Of a stretch of 64,000 nt of DNA, positions 35,154 to 44,831 are shown piece after piece. Position 1 is the stretch's first letter. Each line of letters begins with the position of its first letter. A model generated the notes under the pieces. The model saw nothing but the letters and a program-made list of their open reading frames with translations. It had not been told where the DNA came from and searched no databases. Both the position numbers and the translations under genes were made by a program. Source of the stretch: Paracoccaceae bacterium (GTDB lineage: Bacteria; Pseudomonadota; Alphaproteobacteria; Rhodobacterales; Rhodobacteraceae); contig CBDETS010000007.1 in assembly GCA_965242975.1 (NCBI GenBank), positions 5,099,563-5,163,562 of the forward strand. Reading direction: 5' to 3'.

Positions 35154-38100
35154 ACCACGAACTTCGGCTTACGGCCGAAAAGATCCGCTCCCGGATCGAG
35201 ACGATTCGCCATTTCAGGTTTCTGTCACGGAAGCCGATCGAGAGATTCCGGTTCGCGCGATTGCCCGATGCAGGATCGAAACCCGATCTCGACGGTGACG
35301 ACGCATCGTGGCCGCGGCTGGACTGGAACAGCTACTGGGCCGGCAGCGACACGCACTTCGTCCTGCGATCGAGAATACGCGTTCCGGCGGCCGGCGGCAG
35401 GCCCGTCGGACTTCACCTGCCGATCGGTGAAGGCAAGGACGGATTCCTTCACCCGGAGGCCCTGCTCTATGTCGACGGCTGCCCGGTCGCCTCGACCAAC
35501 CGCTTCCACCGGATCGTCCGGCTCGACTCCCGGTACTGCGATGGACGGACACGACGCATCGCGCTGCACGGCTGGACCGGTCTGGCCGGTTGGCCGCCGG
35601 ACCCGGATGACAAGTCCGGAATCATGCTGGAGACCTGTGCAATCGTCCAGCTCGACGAGACCCTCGAGCGGTTCGTGACACTGGCGGGCGTTGCGCTCGA
35701 ATCATCGGAGCTGATCGACGAAAACCGCCCCGAAAAATATCGAATTCTCAACGCGCTGGATGCGGCCTTTCTGACGCTCGATACCCGCGAACCGATTGGC
35801 ATGGCGTTCCGCGAGTCCGTGCCCAGGGCGCTCGCCACGCTGGAAGCGGGTTTGGCCGAGGCGGGCTCTCCGCTCCCCGTGACTCTCCACGCGATCGGGC
35901 ATGCGCACATGGATGTTGCCTATCTGTGGCCCATCCCGGAAATCCGGCAGAAGAACGCGCGGACATATGCGAATGTCCTGCGGCTGATGGAGGCCTTTCC
36001 GGCGTTCAGGTTTTCGCACACGCAGCCGCAACTCTACAAATTCACCGAGGAGGACTTTCCGGGCATATTCGAAGAGATCAGGCATCGTGTCTCCGAAGGC
36101 AGGTGGGAGATTCTCGGCGGGATGTGGGTCGAGCCGGACGCCAACATTCCGGGGGGCGAAGCACTGGTTCGGCAACTGCTGCTTGGCCGACGCTACTTTC
36201 GGGAAAGATTCGGTGACGCGGAAAGCCCGGTTCTCTGGCTTCCCGACACGTTCGGATTTCCTGCCTCCCTTCCACAGCTGATGAAGCTGGCGGGACTCAG
36301 GTACTTTGTCACCAGCAAGCTCGGATGGAACCAGTACAACCGGATGCCTTCATCCACGACGCGCTGGCGTGGCGTGGACGGCAGCGAAGTGATCGCCCAC
36401 TTCCTGACGACGCCCCGCCCTGTCCGGCACCTTCCGTTTCCGACCAACTACAAGTCGGACCTGAGTGCTGCCGAGGTCTTCGGCACCTGGACGAACAGTT
36501 CGACCAAGGAATCGATTTTTGAGTTGCCGATCTGCTACGGTTACGGCGACGGCGGCGGTGGACCGAACGAAGAACTGGTTCGCAAGGCCCGGTCGTTTTC
36601 CCGGATGCCGGGAGTGCCTCAGGTTCGTTTTTCCAGCGCACGCGAGTTCTTTGCCGCGCTGGAGGCTGCCGGTCCCGGCTTGCCGGACTGGGATGGCGAG
36701 CTCTACATGGAGGGGCACCGTGGTGTCCTGACGACGCAGGGATGGATCAAGCGGGCCAACCGGAAGGCCGAAGTCGCGCTGCATAACGCGGAGGCCCTCC
36801 GCGTCATGGCAGGACAGTCCGGCATGCCCGGCGACCTGGCCCGGGCGTGGGAACTTCTCTGCCTCAACCAGTTTCACGACATTCTCGCGGGAACGGCGAT
36901 CTCACGCGTTTTCGAGGACGCGCGCCGGGACTTCGGCGAGATTGACCGGCTGACCTCCGAAGGGATAGAGCGTAGCCTTGAGCGTCTCGGTATGCGTGGA
37001 CCCGCGGGCGCACGCTGGCTGTTGGCCAACCTGGCCCCGTGTATCCAACGCGCGCTCGTCGAACTCGATGCTCCGGGCATCACGTCCGAATCGCTGGTGG
37101 ACCTGGCCACCGGCTCGGCACTTCGTACGCAGCCCCTCGGCAGCGGTGTGCTGGTCGAACTGCCCGAGATGCCGCCGTATTCGTGTGCGTATCTCGGCAC
37201 GGGCGAGGCAGTTCCCGAGCCCGGAACCGGACCGACCGCCCGGTCCGAGGGCGGCGGGTTCATCCTGGAGAACGAGCACCTGCGGATCGAGTTCGACAGG
37301 CATGGACATGTGCGGCGCGTGTATGACAAGCCGTTCCGGCGCGAGGTGCTCAAACCGGGTGGAGCCGGGAATGAGCTCTGGGCGTTCGAAGACCGTCCTG
37401 TCTCCTGGGATGCGTGGGACATCGACGCCTTCCTTGAGGACCGTGGGGAACGTATCGGGGACCTCGAGGCCATGGAACCGGTCGAAAACGGGCCTCTACG
37501 TGCTGCCGTCAGGCTGGTCAGGCCATTCCGGAACAGCACGATCGTTCAGAAGATCATGCTCGCGCGTGGCAGCAGGCGGGTGGATTTCGAGACCAGCGTG
37601 GACTGGCGAGAGCGTCACACGCTTTTGAAGGCGGCGTTTCCTGTCGACATTCGTGCGCCAAGCGCGACATACGAGATCCAGTGGGGCGAGTTCGAGCGTC
37701 CGACCCACCGCAACACCAGGTGGGACTTTGCGCGTTTCGAAGTTGCCGCGCACAAGTGGGTCGATCTCAGTGAAGGCAACTATGGCGTCGCCCTTTTGAA
37801 CGACTGCAAGTATGGCCACGATGTCTGCGGAGACATGATGCGCATATCGCTGATCCGCTCGCCGACCATGCCGGACCCCCGATCGGACCAGGGGCATCAC
37901 CGCTTCACCTACAGCCTGCTTCCCCACGCTGGCAACGCCCGCAGAATCGTTCGGGACGAAGCGCACGGCCTCAACAATCCGCCGGTTGCGTGCCGGATTT
38001 CGGATTCCTCGGGTCCCGGGACGGGGCGGCCGTTCGTGAGTTGTGATGCGCCAAACGTGGTTGTCGAGACGCTGAAACCTGCCGAAGACGGAGACGGGTT

Positions 38101-38296
38101 TGTTCTCCGGCTTTACGAGGCCGAAAGGATCCGGGGGCCCGCGAGACTGGATTTTGACGTCGCAATCGACCGCGTCTGCAACTGCGATCTCCTGGAAAAC
38201 AACACCGGCAAGATCGACGTGACCGGGAACCGGATTTCGATCGATTTGCGGCCGTTCGAAATCAGGACATTGCGGTGCATTCCGGTCCGGGGATAG
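35150..38296 (+). CDS. Glycoside hydrolase family 38 alpha-mannosidase (MngB-like)
   Basis: 1048 aa. The ATG at 35150 overlaps the previous TGA. Hallmarks: ..HAIGHAHMDVAYLWP.., ..RFSHTQPQLYKF.., ..GRWEILGGMWVEPDANIPGGEALVRQ... Confidence 0.9.
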   Translation: MNHELRLTAEKIRSRIETIRHFRFLSRKPIERFRFARLPDAGSKPDLDGDDASWPRLDWNSYWAGSDTHFVLRSRIRVPAAGGRPVGLHLPIGEGKDGFLHPEALLYVDGCPVASTNRFHRIVRLDSRYCDGRTRRIALHGWTGLAGWPPDPDDKSGIMLETCAIVQLDETLERFVTLAGVALESSELIDENRPEKYRILNALDAAFLTLDTREPIGMAFRESVPRALATLEAGLAEAGSPLPVTLHAIGHAHMDVAYLWPIPEIRQKNARTYANVLRLMEAFPAFRFSHTQPQLYKFTEEDFPGIFEEIRHRVSEGRWEILGGMWVEPDANIPGGEALVRQLLLGRRYFRERFGDAESPVLWLPDTFGFPASLPQLMKLAGLRYFVTSKLGWNQYNRMPSSTTRWRGVDGSEVIAHFLTTPRPVRHLPFPTNYKSDLSAAEVFGTWTNSSTKESIFELPICYGYGDGGGGPNEELVRKARSFSRMPGVPQVRFSSAREFFAALEAAGPGLPDWDGELYMEGHRGVLTTQGWIKRANRKAEVALHNAEALRVMAGQSGMPGDLARAWELLCLNQFHDILAGTAISRVFEDARRDFGEIDRLTSEGIERSLERLGMRGPAGARWLLANLAPCIQRALVELDAPGITSESLVDLATGSALRTQPLGSGVLVELPEMPPYSCAYLGTGEAVPEPGTGPTARSEGGGFILENEHLRIEFDRHGHVRRVYDKPFRREVLKPGGAGNELWAFEDRPVSWDAWDIDAFLEDRGERIGDLEAMEPVENGPLRAAVRLVRPFRNSTIVQKIMLARGSRRVDFETSVDWRERHTLLKAAFPVDIRAPSATYEIQWGEFERPTHRNTRWDFARFEVAAHKWVDLSEGNYGVALLNDCKYGHDVCGDMMRISLIRSPTMPDPRSDQGHHRFTYSLLPHAGNARRIVRDEAHGLNNPPVACRISDSSGPGTGRPFVSCDAPNVVVETLKPAEDGDGFVLRLYEAERIRGPARLDFDVAIDRVCNCDLLENNTGKIDVTGNRISIDLRPFEIRTLRCIPVRG

Positions 38297-38429
38297 TCTG
38301 ACCGAACCAACGGAAACACCACATCATCGCTTCCCTTCAACGACGAGACCGCCTTCAGACAGGCTGTCCATGGGTCTTTCACGGGTTCTCGTCTACCCAG
38401 ACCCGAATTGTTTTGATAGGATCCTGCCC

Positions 38430-39260
38430 ATGCGTCAGTTGATCTGCCTTTTGTTCCTGGTACTGGGCGCGGGGCCGCTTTCGGCGCAAGAGCCCCGGGC
38501 GAGTCACTGCATCGCGGTCGCCGACGCGGCGCCGGGGGTCAATTTCATTCACCGGGCTAGCTGGTCCGCGCCACTCGCCAGGTTTTCGGTACGCATTCAC
38601 TACATTTCGCATTCCAGTTTCCTGATCCGGACCCATAGCGGATTGAACGTCGTCACGGATTACACCGGCTACATCGGTTCGAGTGCCATGATTCCCGACG
38701 TGGTGACCATGAACCACGCGCATGAATCCCATTGGACACCGTATCCGGACCCGGCAATTCCCCATGTTCTTCGAGGCTGGGGCGAAGAATTCGGGAAGGG
38801 TATCGATCATCATCTCGTTCTCGGAGACTTGCTCGTACGCAATGTCTCCACCGACATCCGCTCACCCTATGGCGGCGTGGAAGTCCAGGGAAATTCGATC
38901 TTCATTTTCGAGGTGGCCGGACTGTGCATTGGACATCTCGGGCATCTGCACCAGTACCCTTCCGAGCAGCAGTTTGCGGCGCTCGGGCGTGTCGATGTCT
39001 TGATGGCGCCCGTGGACGGAGGCTTGACATTGCCCTTGCGTGACATGGTCCGCCTGGTCGAACGGCTGAGGTCCTCGGTCGTGATTCCAATGCACTGGTT
39101 TTCAAGGAGTTCACTTGAATCCTTCCTCGGCAGAGTTTCCGATGAATTTGCCATCCGACGGGAAAACGGACCCGCGATCGAACTCGGACTTCGCGATCTT
39201 CCGTCGCGACCAACCGTTATCGTTCTTGAGCCGGCCGGGCTTGCCGATGACGCCGGGTAG
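38430..39260 (+). CDS. Secreted MBL-fold hydrolase (UlaG-like subgroup)
   Basis: Signal peptide MRQLICLLFLVLGAGPLSA. ..ISHSSFLIRT..VVTD...MNHAHESHW.. gives a non-canonical His cluster. Confidence 0.65.
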   Translation: MRQLICLLFLVLGAGPLSAQEPRASHCIAVADAAPGVNFIHRASWSAPLARFSVRIHYISHSSFLIRTHSGLNVVTDYTGYIGSSAMIPDVVTMNHAHESHWTPYPDPAIPHVLRGWGEEFGKGIDHHLVLGDLLVRNVSTDIRSPYGGVEVQGNSIFIFEVAGLCIGHLGHLHQYPSEQQFAALGRVDVLMAPVDGGLTLPLRDMVRLVERLRSSVVIPMHWFSRSSLESFLGRVSDEFAIRRENGPAIELGLRDLPSRPTVIVLEPAGLADDAG

Positions 39261-39910
39261 CGAGTCCCTTGGTCGTCTTCGAACACATGCCGGAATTCCG
39301 GGATCCGGGGGTTCGTTCCGGGTTGAGGCAGATTTCCTGAAGTGAAGGACCGACCGGTTGCGATCATCCGTTGGCAGCCGGAAAAAATGCGCGGAATTCT
39401 TGGGCTCCAATGATTTTCTCCCATCGTATGTGCTTGTGTCCGTCCTGTTGCTGCGCTTCTGTCGCCGCCTTCCTGGAACGACAGTTCGATCACATCCGCA
39501 ATTGCCACAGTTGTGGCAACGATGCCCTGAACCGCGCGTAGGGGCCCGCCGTGGTCAGCGTGCTTGCGACGCTGCCCTTGTCCACCCCGGGGTGCCCGAA
39601 CATCCTCTCGCCTTCGCTGAGCGACACCGCCACGCCCGTGAGCAGGCGGCCCCGGCCGGAGTCCGCGTCGAACGTGCCGGTCAGCACCCTGCCACTGACG
39701 TCGGTCCGGTTCCCGTCCGCGGTCTCCTCGTCGTCGAAGCTGCCAATTCGCTTGATCCGCTGACGCGGGTTAAGGTCTCAACCGGTCAGATTGTGCCCGC
39801 GCGGCACGGAACAAGGGCCGAACGGACAACATCATTCTCCAGGCGCCGCATGACGCCGATTGTCATCCGATGTCCTCCCGGCAACGAGCTTGCGGACGTC
39901 GTCCCGATAC

Positions 39911-39927
39911 GCTATCAATTTGATAGC
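39911..39927. promoter_or_regulatory. Candidate FitA-type operator palindrome
   Basis: GCTATCA-att-TGATAGC at 39911-39927 (flanks cGCTATCA / TGATAGCA). It ends 18 nt upstream of the antitoxin ATG, just before its GGAGG Shine-Dalgarno. Confidence 0.45.
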
Positions 39928-39945
39928 AATTTTGGAGGCAGGCCG

Positions 39946-40206
39946 ATGGCGGCAATCATTGTGCGGCAACTCGACGACGACGTGGTGGACCGCCTCAAGC
40001 GCCGCGCCGCGTCGAACAACCGCTCCCTGGAGGGCGAGGTGCGCCACATCCTCGAACGCGCTGCCGACGACGACATGGCTGCGAAGCGGGCCGCGTTCCT
40101 CGCGGCGTCGGACCGGCTGCGGGAGAAGACCAGGGGCCGCAGGCAGACCCCGGCGGAAGTGCTGATCCGCGAGGACCGCGACCGCGGCCACCGCGACGAC
40201 TTCTGA
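39946..40206 (+). CDS. Ribbon-helix-helix antitoxin, FitA/VapB-like (paralogue of 21194..21433)
   Basis: 86 aa: MAAIIVRQLDDDVVDRLKRRAASNNRSLEGEVRHILE.., sharing AASNNRS.E.EVRH with the first copy. Only the last 86 codons of track ORF 39358..40206 look coding. Confidence 0.8.
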   Translation: MAAIIVRQLDDDVVDRLKRRAASNNRSLEGEVRHILERAADDDMAAKRAAFLAASDRLREKTRGRRQTPAEVLIREDRDRGHRDDF

Positions 40207-40634
40207 TGCGCCTTGTTGTTGACGCCGGTGTGACGGTCAAGTTGTTGGTCGACGAGCCGGACTCGGATGCCGCGCGGGAACTGGCGGCGAGCGGGCAGGA
40301 GCTGCACGCGCCGCGCCTGTTGGTTTCCGAGGTCGCCAATGCGCTGTGGCGCAAGGCGCGGCAGGGTCAGATCGCGCGCGCCGATGCCGGCGCCGCCATG
40401 GCCGTGGTGTCCGACATGCCGATTCGCTGGAACGACGACGAGACCGTCGGCGCGGACGCGGTTCGTCTGGCGCTGGCGCTCGACCACCCGGTTTACGACT
40501 GCATGTATCTCGCGCTGGCGCACCGCATCGGCGCGACGGTGGTGACGGCGGACCGTCGATTCGTCACGGCCATAGCACCGACCGAGCATGGCGAGGCCGT
40601 GATGACACTCGCCGATTACACGAGGACGCGATGA
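40206..40634 (+). CDS. vapC: PIN-domain toxin VapC/FitB-like
   Basis: 142 aa: MRLVVDAGVTVKLLVDE...LLVSEVANAL...YDCMYLALAHRIGATVVTADRRF. Its ATG shares one base with the antitoxin TGA. Confidence 0.85.
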   Translation: MRLVVDAGVTVKLLVDEPDSDAARELAASGQELHAPRLLVSEVANALWRKARQGQIARADAGAAMAVVSDMPIRWNDDETVGADAVRLALALDHPVYDCMYLALAHRIGATVVTADRRFVTAIAPTEHGEAVMTLADYTRTR

Positions 40635-41112
40635 GCGCGGAATTTTTCGATCATCCCCCAGGTGGCGCATGCTGCGCCTGGGAGCGCCTGTAGGGTGCAA
40701 GGGGATGACTTCATGCAGAAATTCCATGCCCGACAATTTGACGTCGCCCGTTGAGGCCCGCGCTTCTGAAATCCGTTCAGATCATCTGTGCCCGGTCATC
40801 ACGAATGCTCGTGCGAAACCACCGTAGTGCCGTGACCAATCAGGTTCCCGGTCGCCGGGTACTTCGAGGAGGTCAGGCCATCAACCGCGCCGGAGTGTCG
40901 TGGCCGAAGCCAGGCCCGGATACCCGGACGCCGCCCGGGTACTGTCGTATACTTGATCGTTTGGGAGTGATCGATTTGCAACTGTTGTAATCTGTCGCCG
41001 ATTCGCGACATCCGCGGATGGCCGTTCAACGGTCGGAATCGGGATCAGGACAACTCGATACAGATTCGTTTTGGCATGTTGTTTTGCACGCGTGGTTCGC
41101 GGCACCGAACCG

Positions 41113-42246
41113 TCACACGGCAAACAGGCGTCGCGGGAAATGTGTCAGCCGCTCGTATCCGCCGCCTGTGACAGCGATCGTCTCCGACATCCCGAAACCG
41201 CGGGCCAGGACATATGTGTGGAATGTCATTCCGGCTTCGAAGGACCAGTTCGAGCGGGGCGTGGCCTCGAGTGACTCGCCTCCGGACGGATGCAGGAGAA
41301 GGCCCACCGAGTAGAATGTCTTGTTGGTGTACGTGCTCCGCAATCCGGCTGACAAAACGCCGTCGCGGTAGACCTTGTCCGGAACCACCGCTGCCACTCC
41401 CGGCCGAACCTCGTCGAGTGCGGCGTCCTGGATGGAGATCAAGGTTTCGGCAACACGTTGGTCCTCGTCGCTGGCTCTGCCGACGCGGACCGGCCGCATG
41501 AAACGGGCATGGTAGTGGCGCACGTTCGGAGTCGTTTCGACCTGAACCAGGTCACCGGATTTCAGAACTCTGTCAGAGTAGCCGCCGTGCAGGTGAAACG
41601 CGCGTTCACCGGATGACAGGACTCCGGGCCCGGGGAGATCGCTGCCGGCCCGGATCATCGCGGCACAGATTTCCGCGGCGATCTCGCGTTCGCTTACACC
41701 GATCCCGGCGCTGTCGATCGCAGCCTGCATTCCAGCTTCGGCGGCCTTGCCTGCCCGGCGCTGGTAGGCAATTTCAGCCCCGCTCTTGATCAGCCGCATG
41801 GTCGGGAGGAGACGGCTGTTGTCCTGCCAGGAGATTCCGGGAAGGCGCTCCCGAAGGCTTTCGTAGCGACCTGCCGAAAGTGGCCAGGCCGACAGCTCGA
41901 TCCCCAGCCTGGCGGACACGCCGAATCGCCGGGCGATGGCCCGGGATGCGACCTCGATCGAATCATCCCCGTCGCTCCACATGGCGTGATCCGCAAAGAC
42001 GCAGGTCGAGTCGAGATAGTACTTCTCGACATCCCGGCAGATGACCGCCGGAGTCCCTTCAGCGGGAACAAGAGCACACTGGAAGCTGCCGTAGCCGCGG
42101 GTGAAAAACCCGGTCAGCCAGGTCACGGATTCCGGCTGGAACGCGACCATGCCGTCTAGAGCGCGGTCCGCGAGCGACCGTTGCACGCGATCAAGGCGCG
42201 CCGCGTACTCCGATTTTTCGAACCATGGGCTCGCGATCCCGTTCAT
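41113..42246 (-). CDS. M24-family metallopeptidase (creatinase / Xaa-Pro peptidase-like)
   Basis: Start MNGIASPWFEKSEYAARLDRVQRSL..MVAFQPESVTWLTGF (creatinase-type N domain). C-terminal pita-bread domain ..IKSGAEIAYQRRAG...GDLVQVE... The upstream part of track ORF 41113..42489 is shadow sequence. Confidence 0.85.
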   Translation of the reverse strand: MNGIASPWFEKSEYAARLDRVQRSLADRALDGMVAFQPESVTWLTGFFTRGYGSFQCALVPAEGTPAVICRDVEKYYLDSTCVFADHAMWSDGDDSIEVASRAIARRFGVSARLGIELSAWPLSAGRYESLRERLPGISWQDNSRLLPTMRLIKSGAEIAYQRRAGKAAEAGMQAAIDSAGIGVSEREIAAEICAAMIRAGSDLPGPGVLSSGERAFHLHGGYSDRVLKSGDLVQVETTPNVRHYHARFMRPVRVGRASDEDQRVAETLISIQDAALDEVRPGVAAVVPDKVYRDGVLSAGLRSTYTNKTFYSVGLLLHPSGGESLEATPRSNWSFEAGMTFHTYVLARGFGMSETIAVTGGGYERLTHFPRRLFAV

Positions 42247-42266
42247 CGATTCGGCTCCTGCCGAGG

Positions 42267-42971
42267 TCACGAGCTTGTCTTCAGCAACGCCGCGAAACGG
42301 GTGAGCATGGTCTTGGCGGACATGGCCGGGTGGGCCTGCCGCTTGAGTTCGTCCACGTCGGCACCGTCGTTTTGCATCCGGTCCCGGTTTTCCTCGAACC
42401 AGACCGGGGCCTGGTCCCTGGTAATCTCCGGATGCCCCTGGATGCCCCAGACAGGCTGGTTCCGGTAGCGCCATACGTGGTTGGGGCATGCGTCGGAATA
42501 GGCAAGAATCGTCATGTCCGCGTGGTCGGAACGCACTTCGTCGTTATGCCAGACGAACATGTGAACCATCCTGCCCAGTTCGAAACAGATCGGGTCATTT
42601 GCCGCCTCATCCGTGACCGGCAAGTCCTTGTAGCCGATCTCGCACCGGTCCCGGCGAAAGACCTGGTCACGCCCGCACAGCGCCGACGCGAGTATCTGGC
42701 TTCCGAAACAGACGCCGAGCATGGGGATGTCGAGATCTTCGGCCTCGACGATCAGGTCATGCTCACGGTGGATGAAATCCAGATCCTCGTAAGCGCCATG
42801 GGGGCTGCCGGAGAGGAACACGCCGTCGTAACCCGCCGGGCTGTCTGGAAAGTCGCCGCCATAGGCCCATCTCTGCTCGACATCCAGGCCCCAGTTCTCG
42901 AACCGTTCATCGAGCCTTGCGACAGATTGCAGCCTTGGGCTGTTGCAAAGATAAAGAAGACGTGCCGTCAT
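42267..42971 (-). CDS. Class I glutamine amidotransferase-like protein
   Basis: ..PMLGVCFGSQILA.. (nucleophile Cys) and ..GIQGHPE.. (His). I prefer the ATG at 42971 (MTARLLYLCN..). Confidence 0.75.
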   Translation of the reverse strand: MTARLLYLCNSPRLQSVARLDERFENWGLDVEQRWAYGGDFPDSPAGYDGVFLSGSPHGAYEDLDFIHREHDLIVEAEDLDIPMLGVCFGSQILASALCGRDQVFRRDRCEIGYKDLPVTDEAANDPICFELGRMVHMFVWHNDEVRSDHADMTILAYSDACPNHVWRYRNQPVWGIQGHPEITRDQAPVWFEENRDRMQNDGADVDELKRQAHPAMSAKTMLTRFAALLKTSS

Positions 42972-43073
42972 GCCGTGGCGCTCTCGCATCTCGCGTCTTT
43001 GACAATTGGTACACCTCGCGTATCCTGTTCGCAATCCGGCCCGCGACCGCCCTCCTCGATGAGGTCAACAGCC

Positions 43074-43883
43074 ATGCGCATCGATCTCAATTCAGACCTG
43101 GGAGAAGGGTTCGGGCCCTGGAAGATGGGCGATGACGACACGATGCTGGACATCGTGACATCGGCAAATGTCGCCTGCGGATTCCACGCCGGCGATCCCG
43201 AAATCATGCACACCATGGCCGCGAATGCAAAGGCGAGGGGGGTGGCGGTTGGCGCACATCCGGGCTACCGGGATCTGATCGGGTTCGGCCGGCGCGCCGT
43301 GACCGGAGTGACCGGGCGGGAGATCGAGCGGCTCGTCGCCTACCAGGTCGGTGCATTCCAGGCGGTCTGCGCTCTCGCAGGCTACCGGATGAGCTATGTG
43401 AAGACTCACGGTGCATTGGGAAATGCCTGCAACGATGATGACGGGTTGGCGGATGCGGTGGCCCGGGGCATCGCGGCTGCAGATCCTGGCCTCGTCTGGC
43501 TGGTCATGCCCGGTACGCCGACGGAACGGGCTGCAGAACGGGCTGGACTGCGGCCGGCCCGCGAGATCTATGCCGACAGGACCTATGCCGACAGCTTCAA
43601 CCTGGCCCCCCGCAGCCAGCCGGGCACGGTGATCCATGACGCGGCGGCAGCCAGCCGGCGTGCCCTTGAAATGGTGTCGGACGGCAGGCTCGTGTCCGAA
43701 TCGGGCAAGTCGCTGAAGGTCGAGATCGACTCGATCTGTGTGCACGGCGACAATCCTGCCAGCGTCGAAATGGCTCGCGGCATACGTGCGGCGCTTGAAG
43801 CGGAGGGATGGACGCTGACGCCATTTGCCCCTCCCGATTCAGCGTCCATCGGTCACGCCACCGACCAGGTTGGTCCCGAGTAG
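43074..43883 (+). CDS. pxpA: 5-oxoprolinase subunit A (LamB/YcsF family)
   Basis: MRIDLNSDLGEGFGPWKMGDD...ANVACGFHAGDP...VGAHPGYRDL.. Confidence 0.85.
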   Translation: MRIDLNSDLGEGFGPWKMGDDDTMLDIVTSANVACGFHAGDPEIMHTMAANAKARGVAVGAHPGYRDLIGFGRRAVTGVTGREIERLVAYQVGAFQAVCALAGYRMSYVKTHGALGNACNDDDGLADAVARGIAAADPGLVWLVMPGTPTERAAERAGLRPAREIYADRTYADSFNLAPRSQPGTVIHDAAAASRRALEMVSDGRLVSESGKSLKVEIDSICVHGDNPASVEMARGIRAALEAEGWTLTPFAPPDSASIGHATDQVGPE

Positions 43884-44831
43884 CGATTCCGTTGTCGGTT
43901 CGGTCCGTACATGACGGATGGCTGCAATCCGTTCCCGAAGCCGTTTGGCTGCAGTGCGGGCCGCGTCGATCGCTTCCTCGGGCGTGACGGACGAAAAGTG
44001 CACGATCCCTCCGGGCGCAACTTGCGCCACGCGGCCGAGATCGGCGCTGATGACCGTGGCAATCTTGGGATAACCGCCCGTCGTCTGGCAGTCTCGCAGA
44101 AGGATGGTTGGTATTCCGTCTCCCGGCACCTGGATACTGCCGGCAAGGACTCCGTCCGATACGATGTTGGCTTCGCCCTTGTGGAGCAGCGGTGGGCCGT
44201 CCAACCGGTAAGCCATGCGGTCACTGTCCGGCCTGACGGCGAACGGGCTGCCGGAGAGGAATTCCAGTGCTTCGGCTGCGAAATGATCGTGCTGGGGCCC
44301 GTGGACAAGGCGGATCGGACCGGCGATCGCGTTTGCAGGTGCGCTCCTGGACAGTTTTCCGCGCTCCGGAGACTTGAATGGCAGCAGGTCGCCGGGTGCA
44401 AGCGCACGGCCGCCGATGCCGGAACGGCGGTGAACCGAGAGACTTCCCATCATCTCGGGCAAGTCGAAGCCGCCTCCGACGGCCAGATAGGCGAAGACCC
44501 CGCCTCGAACAGGTCCCACCTCGATGACATCGCCGGGTTCACTCCCTGCCGAGCAGCCGTCGGGAACGGGATTTCCTCCGATCCTGAGCATGCAACCCGG
44601 GCCTGACAGCGCAATTGTCGCCTCCCCGCCTTCCACCACGAACCGCCCGCCTGCCATTTGGAATTCCACGCATGCCACCTCGGGCAGGTTCCCGGTCAAT
44701 GCGTTTGCCAGGGCGGCAGACTCGATGTCCATCGTGCCCGATGTGGACACGCCGAAGCGGCGCAGGCCAAACCGTCCCCGGTCCTGAACCGTGGTCCCGG
44801 ACCCGCAGTCGATTACCCGAAGTCCGGTCAT
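43839..44831 (-). CDS. pxpC: 5-oxoprolinase subunit C (biotin-dependent carboxyltransferase family, allophanate hydrolase subunit 2/KipA-like)
   Basis: MTGLRVIDCGSGTTVQDRGRFGLRRFGVSTSGTMD...QTTGGYPKIATVI... The ATG at 44831 overlaps the pxpB TGA. Confidence 0.85.
   Translation of the reverse strand: MTGLRVIDCGSGTTVQDRGRFGLRRFGVSTSGTMDIESAALANALTGNLPEVACVEFQMAGGRFVVEGGEATIALSGPGCMLRIGGNPVPDGCSAGSEPGDVIEVGPVRGGVFAYLAVGGGFDLPEMMGSLSVHRRSGIGGRALAPGDLLPFKSPERGKLSRSAPANAIAGPIRLVHGPQHDHFAAEALEFLSGSPFAVRPDSDRMAYRLDGPPLLHKGEANIVSDGVLAGSIQVPGDGIPTILLRDCQTTGGYPKIATVISADLGRVAQVAPGGIVHFSSVTPEEAIDAARTAAKRLRERIAAIRHVRTEPTTESLLGTNLVGGVTDGR

Noticed and set aside
39480-39770. Minus-strand protein-like frame ..RIGSFDDEETADGNRTDVSGRVLTGTFDADSGRGRLLTGVAVSLSEGERMFGHPGVDKGSVASTLTTAGPYA.. 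(partly ORF 39490..39687), possibly a small beta-barrel protein.
   Set aside because: It has no start codon upstream of the GTG, needs a frameshift to continue, and then runs without a stop into the antisense of the MBL gene. It is probably a gene remnant, and I am not confident of the family.
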